32,000 bases of DNA from positions 3,450,001 through 3,482,000 of the forward strand of contig NZ_CP042911.1 of the NCBI RefSeq assembly GCF_008065095.1, read 5' to 3'. The notes beneath the pieces are model-generated. The model was not told the DNA's origin, did no database searches, and was given only the letters and a program-made list of their open reading frames with translations. Positions 1 through 6,748 of the stretch are shown here, piece by piece. The translations under genes were made by a program, and so were the position numbers. Every line of letters begins with the position of its first letter. Position 1 is the first letter of the stretch. The stretch is from Gemmata obscuriglobus. Its GTDB lineage: Bacteria > Planctomycetota > Planctomycetia > Gemmatales > Gemmataceae.

Positions 1-311
1 GCGAACTCACCGTGCTGAGCGCGTGCGTGACGAACGTCGGTCCGCAGCGCCCGCTGGAGGCCGGCGTGACGCTCGCCGGTGCGTTTCTGGGCGCCGGCTC
101 GCGCGGGGTGATGGCGAGCTGCTGGTCGGTGGACGACCGCGCGACCGCCGAGATGATGTCCGGGTTCTTCGGGTCGATCCGTGCGGGCGGGGGGAAGGGA
201 ACCGCGTACCCCGAAGCGCTGAAGGACGCCCGGTTGGCGGTGAAACGCACCCCCGGCTGGGAAGCGCCGTTCTTCTGGGCGCCGTTCGTGTACGTCGGGC
301 CGCCGGACTGA
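1..311 (+). CDS. CHAT-domain (caspase-like fold) protein, C-terminal fragment; the 5' end lies left of the window
   Basis: The frame is open to the window edge (track ORF 12..311, TGA at 309-311). The peptide LSACVT...GAFLGAGSRGVMASCWSVDDRATAEMMSGFF...ALKDARLAV...PFFWAPFVYVG matches the conserved C-terminal end of CHAT domains (LSAC Cys context, SxWxVxD, FxWAPF tail). Confidence 0.7.
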   Translation, partial: ELTVLSACVTNVGPQRPLEAGVTLAGAFLGAGSRGVMASCWSVDDRATAEMMSGFFGSIRAGGGKGTAYPEALKDARLAVKRTPGWEAPFFWAPFVYVGPPD

Positions 312-341
312 TGCCGAACCCAATTGAAGAGTAACTGCCTC

Positions 342-412
342 CTGTAGCCGGCCTCTGTGAGGCCGGTGCGACATGACCGAGGTAGCACCGGCCTCACAGA
401 GGCCGGCTACAG
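342..412. repeat. Compound perfect palindrome (28-bp arms, 15-nt spacer); probable bidirectional terminator or REP-like element
   Basis: Read directly: 342-369 ctgtagccggcctctgtgaggccggtgc is the exact reverse complement of 385-412. Each arm also contains its own 8-bp/3-nt-loop hairpin (348-366 ccggcctc-tgt-gaggccgg; mirror copy 388-406). It lies between the convergent 3' ends of the CHAT gene (+) and glnB (-). Confidence 0.8.
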
Positions 413-538
413 AATACGGCGTGGATAAGGGCCAATCGGATTCGGTAACATGCCGGCGAATGGGTCCAAAGCGTGCGTGTCGGTTACCGGGTCCGGCCTG
501 CCGAAGAAGCCGTCGTCGCGGTCTCTTACCGGTGAGGC

Positions 539-886
539 TCAAATCGCTTCGGGGCCACGCTCACCGGTGCGGATGCGGATACAGTCCTCCAGAGGCAGGA
601 TGAAGATCTTCCCGTCCCCGATGCGCCCCTCCGGCCCCGTGCGGGCCGCGTCCATGATCGCGTTGACCGTCGGTTCCACAAAGTCTTCGTTGACCGCGAT
701 TTGCAACTGCACCTTGCGCAGCATGTTGACGGTCAGTTCGTGCCCGCGGTACACCTCCGTGTGCCCCTTCTGCCGCCCGAAGCCGAGCACATCCACGATG
801 GTGAGCCGGAACACTTCAACTTTGTTCAGCGCTTCTTTCACGGCGTCGAGTTTGGACGGCTGAATGATGGCGAGGATGAGCTTCAT
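539..886 (-). CDS. glnB: Nitrogen regulatory protein PII (GlnB/GlnK family)
   Basis: Track ORF 539..985. The conserved protein starts at an internal Met (cat at 884-886): MKLILAIIQPSKLDAVKEALNKV...GFGRQKGHTEVYRGHE (T-loop with Tyr)...GDGKIFILPLEDCIRIRTGE. It is 115 aa and aligns end to end with canonical 112-aa PII. Confidence 0.9.
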   Translation of the reverse strand: MKLILAIIQPSKLDAVKEALNKVEVFRLTIVDVLGFGRQKGHTEVYRGHELTVNMLRKVQLQIAVNEDFVEPTVNAIMDAARTGPEGRIGDGKIFILPLEDCIRIRTGERGPEAI

Positions 887-1135
887 GATTCGGACCCGGC
901 GGACGGAAGTGGACGCGGCGCGGTTCGAGGACCCCGCGGTTTGTGTCCAGAATAGCAAACCGCCCGTTGAACAGCGCGGCGACAACCGTTTGGCACCGGC
1001 GACCGATGGCGAAATAGATGAGGGGCGGGCCGTCCCACCCGGGGCGCTCTATTTCCATGACAGCGAGCCCGAGAACCGATCCGTTGAGCCAACCCCGCGC
1101 AGCACAGGTACGGCTCGCTCTTTCTCCTTGCCGAA

Positions 1136-2431
1136 CTATTTTTGAACCGGCCGTTGTTCGCCCTTCACAGGTACGAGTACGTTTCTGTCAACGTACGCCA
1201 CGTAGACGCGCGACTTGGTGAGCTTCGGCGGCAGGGGCCACGGCAGTTCCACGCTTTCGGTGCAGTAGGTGCGGCACTCCCAATGCTGGACCCGGAGCTG
1301 CGCCGGACCGATGGCCGAGTCGAGACGTGCCGGGGCTACCGTGTCCAGGCGATCCAAGATCTTGTCTTTTACGATCACAATGTCGTCCCGGACGACCCCG
1401 GCCGCAGGCTTCGGGAGCGCGCGGATCACCTCTTGGTCCGTCGGCTCGTCGCCTAGGACCCGTGCCTCGGCGACAGCCAGCTTCTTCTTGAGCGCTTCCA
1501 CCTCGCGCCGCAACCGCTCGTTCTCCTTCTTGAGATCTTCGAGAGTCGCTCCCACTGGCATAGGCACTTCCGTCGTCGCCGGTGCCGCCGGCGGTCCGAC
1601 CTGTCCGATCGCTGTCCCCAGGGCGGCAGTCGTCACCAGGGCCAACAGCACCAGCTTTGCCTTGAACAATCCCATTGTGTTCCCCACTTCCTGTGAAAGG
1701 GCGACGGCCGCTGCGACCGCCGTGGTCGGAGCGCCCTCTGCGAGTTTGGCGGCCGCAGACGCGGTTGCGGCTACGAGAGCTGCGGGGACCGTTCCCAGAG
1801 ACACGGCCGGGAGCGTCACCCCGCGAGCGGTGAGTCCCGCGCGGAGCCGTTCCTTGGCCCGCGCAAGTCGGGACTGGAGCGTGCCGACCGGGCAGCCTAG
1901 TTCTCGTGCGGCATCGGGTTGTGTTCGGCCTTCAAGGTGGCACAGAACGAACGCGTCGCGGTACACCACCGGCAGCCGTTCCACATCGCGATCGAGTGCC
2001 GCCCGCCAGTCGCAGGTGTCTGGGTTCGTGGTGGTAACGGCTTCCGGCCGGGCCGCCCGCCGCTCTCGGGCGACGCGCCGGGCGGTTTCGCGACCGAGAC
2101 GCGTGCTGGTTCGGTGAGCCACCCGGTACAGCCACCCGGCGAGTGATTCCCGGGATCGAACCTCGCGGGCGCGCCTCACGAGCACGAGAAATGTGGCCTG
2201 AAATGCGTCGTCCGCGTCGATGTCGTTGCCGAGTACCCGCCGGCACACGTCACGTACCATCGGGCCGTGCCGCCAGATCAGAGCCTCGAACGCGGCGGCG
2301 TCCTGTTCCGCCGTAAAGCGCTCAAGCAACTCACCGTCCGCGAGTTGCGCCAAGCGGTCACTCGCGACTATCCAGTTGAGGTGGTGAACGAGGCTGGAAA
2401 GCTGGCGAACCACGCGAGACCTCCGTTTCAT
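1136..2431 (-). CDS. ECF-type sigma-70 factor fused to a transmembrane helix, a coiled coil and an unknown C-terminal domain
   Basis: Track ORF 1136..2497. The start is ambiguous: Met at 2431 (MKRRSRVV...) or at 2497. Sigma region 2: AFEALIWRHGPMVRDVCRRVLGNDIDADDAFQATFLVLVRRA...LAGWLYRVAHR. Region 4: LPVVYRDAFVLCHLEGRTQPDAARELGCPVGTLQSRLARAKERL. These are followed by a hydrophobic helix (LVLLALVTTAALGTAIGQV), a heptad-like stretch (LEDLKKENERLRREVEALKKKLAVAEARV) and about 110 further residues. Confidence 0.8.
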   Translation of the reverse strand: MKRRSRVVRQLSSLVHHLNWIVASDRLAQLADGELLERFTAEQDAAAFEALIWRHGPMVRDVCRRVLGNDIDADDAFQATFLVLVRRAREVRSRESLAGWLYRVAHRTSTRLGRETARRVARERRAARPEAVTTTNPDTCDWRAALDRDVERLPVVYRDAFVLCHLEGRTQPDAARELGCPVGTLQSRLARAKERLRAGLTARGVTLPAVSLGTVPAALVAATASAAAKLAEGAPTTAVAAAVALSQEVGNTMGLFKAKLVLLALVTTAALGTAIGQVGPPAAPATTEVPMPVGATLEDLKKENERLRREVEALKKKLAVAEARVLGDEPTDQEVIRALPKPAAGVVRDDIVIVKDKILDRLDTVAPARLDSAIGPAQLRVQHWECRTYCTESVELPWPLPPKLTKSRVYVAYVDRNVLVPVKGEQRPVQK

Positions 2432-2736
2432 CGCCGTTCTACACGGATAGAGCCCGCGAAGGGCGATCGCCGTCCCGAAAATCGGAAAACACGACACGAC
2501 CGGCCATAGTGGTTCGGCCGGAAGGGCTTAGCAAGAAAGGCGTTGCGGTTCTGGTGTCGGGACAGAGGGTTACCAGTTCGTACCCCAACCGGTGCGGTAC
2601 GCGGTCGGAGCGTGTGGCACGACCGCGGGCGGATGATATTGGTCACGAGCGGGAGCATCACGGACGGAGAGAAGTGCGTGCTCGCTTGGGAGATACGAAG
2701 CGAGGGGTGGGCGCAGGCGTCAACCGATGCGAGTGG

Positions 2737-4395
2737 CTACTTGCGCGTCGGCACCAGGGTTTCGCCGTGACTGGCGTATTCCGGCCCGACGGCGTAGTTG
2801 GCAAACCTGAGCGAGTACGCCCCCTCGAACCATTCGCGGATGTGCGGCACCGCGCCCTCATCGAACGCCGGCCGTACTGCCAACGATGGCCCGTAAGGCA
2901 CCACGCGAATTTCCCCGTGTTCGACCACCAAGTCACCAGCCTTGAACACGAACCGGGGCAGCTCGAACATCGCCTTGAGGTCGGCCCCCGGCGTGTACAC
3001 GGTGATGTCCGCGTCCGCACCGGCTCCAAGGTGGCCCTTGTGCGTGAGCCCGAGCATCCGTGCCGGGCCGGCGCGCGTGACGATGGCGATCTCGGAGAGC
3101 GTGTACTCGCGCTCCAGGTCGGGAAGGGTACACACGGCGCGCAACTTCTCGGGTAGACGTTTCAGCACCTCGCGGCGGTAGTCGCGGCTCATCAGGAGAG
3201 CGCAGATCTCAGGGTACGCCAGGAACGAGCCGCCGTTGGGGTGGTCAGTGCTCATCGCCACCCGCCACGGGTCTTCCACCAGAAGATACCACTCCAGCCC
3301 GATCGCCCACTGGAGCGCGTGAACGAAACTCTTCTCCTTGTACTCGATGGGTACGATCCCGCACCCGCCCTCGCACTCGGTGTCGCCGTTGAACCACTTC
3401 CGACCGGTCACCTTGTGAAGGAAGTGGCCGAGCGGACCGTCGCCGGTCATCGACGTGGTTTCGCCGAACATCACCTGGCCCACGTCCACGGTGACGTTCG
3501 GGTGCGCGTTAACGTATTCGGCGAGCTGCGGCACCTTCGAGCAGAACGTCCCCTGGTCGTCCGGCCCGCCGCCGTAGCTGTGGAACTGGATGTGCGTGAA
3601 GTGCCCGCGGTGCCCCTCGACCGCGCGCATGGTGTCGAGGGTGGTGGACCAGTTGCCCGGCATTCCGAGCTGGTTGCAGTGGATGTGCGCGGCGTGCGGG
3701 AGCTTCAGCTCGTCCGCCGTGCGCGCGACCGCGTTCACGATGACGCGCGGGGACACGCCGAAACCGGGAACCTCGTCGTCAAAGTGTGCGAGTCCGGAAC
3801 CGCCCTGCTTCCAGATCTCGACGCCGCCGGGGTTCACCACCTTGAGCGCGTAACCGCGGGTGGCGTTGAGCAGCCACCCGCAGAAGGCGCGCGCCCGCTC
3901 CGGCTCCCCGCGCCCGAGTTGGTCCATCAGGTAGTGGTTGTTGCCGACCAGGACGAAGAAGCCCTTGTCGATCACCGGCGTGTCGTGGAACTCTTCGTGC
4001 GTGTGGCGCGCGCCGAGCGGCGGGATCGCCGCGTCGAACACCGTGGTGTACCCCAGCCCGGCGTACAGGTAGCCGGTGGTGAACGTGGTGGGTGTGCTCC
4101 CCAGCGTGCCCGACCGCAACAGGTCGGTGCGGAGGAACGGCGTGTTGTCGCGGCGGTCTTCCGGGCGCAGCTTCCGAGCGACATTCACCTTTGGGCCGGC
4201 GATGTGAGCGTGCATATCCACGCCGCCGGGCATGACCACGAGGCCCGAAAGGTCGATGGTGCGCGCCGGGTGGACGGTCGGATCGGTCGGCGGTGCGACG
4301 ACCTTCCCGCCGTCGATCCACAAATCGCGGACCTCGCCGTGAACACCGTTCGCGGGATCGTACACCGTTCCGCCGGCCAACTTCGTGAGCGCCAT
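2737..4395 (-). CDS. fhcA: Formylmethanofuran dehydrogenase subunit A-like amidohydrolase (FwdA/FhcA family)
   Basis: 552-aa ORF. The N-terminus MALTKLAGGTVYDPANGVHGEVRDLWIDGGKVV...LSGLVVMPGGVDMHAHIAGPKVNVARKLRPED shows the amidohydrolase metal-binding HxH motif, and the length and layout are typical of FwdA/FhcA. The family call is from memory of that family, not from a search. Confidence 0.7.
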   Translation of the reverse strand: MALTKLAGGTVYDPANGVHGEVRDLWIDGGKVVAPPTDPTVHPARTIDLSGLVVMPGGVDMHAHIAGPKVNVARKLRPEDRRDNTPFLRTDLLRSGTLGSTPTTFTTGYLYAGLGYTTVFDAAIPPLGARHTHEEFHDTPVIDKGFFVLVGNNHYLMDQLGRGEPERARAFCGWLLNATRGYALKVVNPGGVEIWKQGGSGLAHFDDEVPGFGVSPRVIVNAVARTADELKLPHAAHIHCNQLGMPGNWSTTLDTMRAVEGHRGHFTHIQFHSYGGGPDDQGTFCSKVPQLAEYVNAHPNVTVDVGQVMFGETTSMTGDGPLGHFLHKVTGRKWFNGDTECEGGCGIVPIEYKEKSFVHALQWAIGLEWYLLVEDPWRVAMSTDHPNGGSFLAYPEICALLMSRDYRREVLKRLPEKLRAVCTLPDLEREYTLSEIAIVTRAGPARMLGLTHKGHLGAGADADITVYTPGADLKAMFELPRFVFKAGDLVVEHGEIRVVPYGPSLAVRPAFDEGAVPHIREWFEGAYSLRFANYAVGPEYASHGETLVPTRK

Positions 4396-4427
4396 GACGG
4401 CAGTTTACCACCAGGAGGAAAACAGAA

Positions 4428-4494
4428 GAGGGGCGGCGGACGAACGCGGCGGGGCGCCACGTGGGCGCCCCGCCGCGTTCGTCCGCCGCCCCTC
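4428..4494 (-). terminator. Intrinsic-terminator-like hairpin: 31-bp perfect stem with a 5-nt loop
   Basis: Base-by-base check: 4428-4458 pairs perfectly with 4464-4494, with loop acgtg. It begins 5 nt after the TAG stop (4500-4502) of the Pro-rich gene. On the minus-strand transcript it is followed by UUCUGUUUUCC. Confidence 0.6.
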
Positions 4495-4499
4495 GTCCG

Positions 4500-6128
4500 C
4501 TACTTCTTCAGTACCGCGCAGAAATCGATTTGGTACTGGGACAGCTCCGGCCGCTTGCTGATATCGGTCACGAGCTTCTGAGCTTCGGGTGCGGTGCGCA
4601 CCTCGAAGCACACCATAATCTTCTTCGTGCCGGACCACCGGACTTCGACGCCCTCGGCGCGGTCCTGGCACAGTTGCCGGATCAGGGTTTCGATCGGGTC
4701 CGGTCCCGTTTCGCCCATTTGTGCTCGTGCCACGATGGGCTTCGTGTTCGCCGCACCGGACTTCCACGCCGGCACGGTGGTCGGTGCCGCGGCCGGCGGT
4801 TGCGCGGGACGGCCTCCTGCGGGGGTCCAAGTGCCCGGAGCGGGTTGCGCCGGTTCAGGCGCGGCCTGCCACAGGTGCTCCTCGCGGCGCGGCTCGGGCT
4901 TCGGCTCGGGCCGCTTCGGTTCCTCCGGTTTCACTTCCGTCGTCAGCGAGATCGGGAGCGGGCTCGGCACCGCTACAACCGGTTTCGTCGGTTCGACCGA
5001 AGGGAAGGCGGGCGCGGCTTCTGTGTCCGGAGGCGGTACGCTCGGTGATGGTGCGGCCAGCGGCTGAACGGTCGGCGGAACGAACGCGACCGGTTCGGAT
5101 TTCTGCGGTGCGGGTGGAACGATCGGGTCCGGCTCGCGGACGACCGGCGGCACGATCGGGGCCGGGACCGGCGCCACCGCGACCGGAGCGGTCGCCGGCG
5201 GCGTCAGCACGGTTGACGGCGGTGTCAGCACGGTTGTCGGTGGCGGCGTGAGTTTCGGCACGTTCACCGGCGGCGGGGGCGCGACGAACTTCGACTCCGC
5301 GTTCGGGGACGGCTTCGGCGCTTCCGGTCGTTCGACCGGCAGCGGGCGCGGCTGCGGTTGCAGTTGTGGCTGCACCTGTGCGGGCAGTTGCTGTTGAACC
5401 GGTGCGGCGGGCTCGGACGCCGAGGCCACCGTTGTGGCGGGTTTGGCGGTGGCGTAGGCGGGCGGGTCGATGCCCGGCGGGTTGCGGAGCGGGTTCATCA
5501 CCGGCACCGGGAACGCGCCGGGGGTGGCTCCGGTGATCGAGTACCAACTCGCGGACGCCTTCGGGTACTGGCCGGTGGGCGCGAACTGGTTGGCGCCGGG
5601 CGTTACCGTTCCCCACCCGTACCAGCGGTACGCGGGCGGCCCGGCGTACACCGGGGCGCCGTCGGCGGCCGTGCCGCGGAACGGGGTCGTGGCGGTCGGT
5701 TGCTCGGGCGGCTGGGGCGCCGACGCCTGCTGTGCGCGTCCCGCGCCTTTGAGTTTGTCCAGCCCCTTCGGCGGCGTGAACGGGTCTTCCCGGTGTTCGG
5801 CAGAGGCTGCCGCCGGGGACAGCGGGCGTACGTTGCCGCTCCGGGACGCGCTGCCCGCGGCCGGGAGCACACCCGAATCAACTCCGCTGAGCCACGCCGG
5901 GCCGCGGGCGTCGGCCGGCGCTTTACCGGGCCGCGCGACCGGCGTGGTCGGGAAGGATGACGGCGGGAACTCTTCGGACGCGCCCCGCGCCACGGTTCCC
6001 GCCGCGGTTTCGTTCGCGCCGAGCGGTTCCGGCGGTCGGAACGACGCGCCCCGGGCACGTGGCGGTTGCGCACTGGCCACCGCCACGGCCAACCCCAGCA
6101 CCGCGATTACACCCACGATCGTCCGCAT
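4500..6128 (-). CDS. Secreted proline-rich protein with a small C-terminal globular module (hypothetical)
   Basis: Track ORF 4500..6182. The likely start is Met19 (cat at 6126-6128), giving the signal peptide MRTIVGVIAVLGLAVAVASA/QPP. The body is long Pro/Ala/Thr/Val low complexity that includes EVKPEEPKRPEPKPEPRREE. The last ~70 aa are non-repetitive (PIETLIRQLCQDRAEGVEVRWSGTKKIMVCFEVRTAPEAQKLVTDISKRPELSQYQIDFCAVLKK). Confidence 0.6.
   Translation of the reverse strand: MRTIVGVIAVLGLAVAVASAQPPRARGASFRPPEPLGANETAAGTVARGASEEFPPSSFPTTPVARPGKAPADARGPAWLSGVDSGVLPAAGSASRSGNVRPLSPAAASAEHREDPFTPPKGLDKLKGAGRAQQASAPQPPEQPTATTPFRGTAADGAPVYAGPPAYRWYGWGTVTPGANQFAPTGQYPKASASWYSITGATPGAFPVPVMNPLRNPPGIDPPAYATAKPATTVASASEPAAPVQQQLPAQVQPQLQPQPRPLPVERPEAPKPSPNAESKFVAPPPPVNVPKLTPPPTTVLTPPSTVLTPPATAPVAVAPVPAPIVPPVVREPDPIVPPAPQKSEPVAFVPPTVQPLAAPSPSVPPPDTEAAPAFPSVEPTKPVVAVPSPLPISLTTEVKPEEPKRPEPKPEPRREEHLWQAAPEPAQPAPGTWTPAGGRPAQPPAAAPTTVPAWKSGAANTKPIVARAQMGETGPDPIETLIRQLCQDRAEGVEVRWSGTKKIMVCFEVRTAPEAQKLVTDISKRPELSQYQIDFCAVLKK
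5197..5238 (-). repeat. Tandem 21-nt duplication inside the Pro-rich gene
   Basis: 5197-5217 ggcggcgtcagcacggttgac and 5218-5238 ggcggtgtcagcacggttgtc match at 19/21 positions. They encode the TPPTTVL/TPPSTVL peptide repeat. Confidence 0.7.
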
Positions 6129-6182
6129 GGCCTCGTCCTTGAGAGTGCAGTGCCGCATTCCGTTGCCTGCGCCGCGAGTCAC

Positions 6183-6635
6183 TTAGCGCCGGGTGGTGCC
6201 CACGCCCGCTAACCCCGGGCGCATCCCGCCGCGGTTGTTCGGCGACGGGAAGTAGCCTCCGGTGCTGTTGAAAACGGTCGGGTGGCCGGCCGGCGGGAGC
6301 ACGCTTCCGGGGGCCGCCTCACGGGGCTGGAGCGGGTCCGGGGCGCTCGCCATTTGCGGGAAGAACAGTGCGCGCTGACCGCCCCCGGCTGTAAACGGCG
6401 CGCCCAACCCCTGACCCGTGCCGCCCACGGTGCCCGGGCGAACGCCGTAGTAGTAGTTCACCGCCGGACTGCCCCCGCGGAGCAGGTTCAGGTACGGGCT
6501 CAGCGGCTGGTTCGCCGGGTTGTACACGTTCGGCATCGCGGCCGGCGGCTGGTAGTAAGGTGACATGGGGTACTGTGCGGACGCGGTTGCGCACGTCACG
6601 AGCCCACCCGCTGCGATTAGCACGAAGCGCATCAT
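6183..6635 (-). CDS. Small secreted Gly/Pro/Tyr/Asn-rich protein (hypothetical)
   Basis: Track ORF 6183..6749. The start is placed at MM (6635/6632), preceded on the coding strand by GGGAGG. Signal peptide MMRFVLIAAGGLVTCATASA/QYP. The mature part is QYPMSPYYQPPAAMPNVYNPANQPLSPYLNLLRGGSPAVNYYYGVRPG... Confidence 0.6.
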   Translation of the reverse strand: MMRFVLIAAGGLVTCATASAQYPMSPYYQPPAAMPNVYNPANQPLSPYLNLLRGGSPAVNYYYGVRPGTVGGTGQGLGAPFTAGGGQRALFFPQMASAPDPLQPREAAPGSVLPPAGHPTVFNSTGGYFPSPNNRGGMRPGLAGVGTTRR

Positions 6636-6748
6636 GTGTGTCCCTCCCACGACTCGGTTACACGGTCGCCTGTATTCTCGGCGAACCCTGTGCCATCTCG
6701 CCGTTTCCGCCCTGCCGACTCGTCGCCCGGTTCGGTTCCGGGGCCTCA

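Noticed and set aside
921-940. tRNA T-arm-like string ggttcgagg
   Set aside because: No flanking acceptor, D or anticodon stems can be drawn. The spacing around it does not fit a cloverleaf.
3241-4581. 446-aa + strand ORF antisense to fhcA
   Set aside because: It mirrors a strongly supported minus-strand gene. Its composition is Arg/Val/His/Gly-rich with no motif. Long stop-free antisense frames are expected at this GC content.
4461-6186. Several + strand ORFs (4461..5048, 4594..5067, 4721..5251, 5358..5960, 5470..6186) inside the Pro-rich gene region
   Set aside because: They are antisense to a gene that has a signal peptide, tight operon context and a terminator. Proline codons (CCN) read antisense give Gly/Arg-rich open frames automatically.
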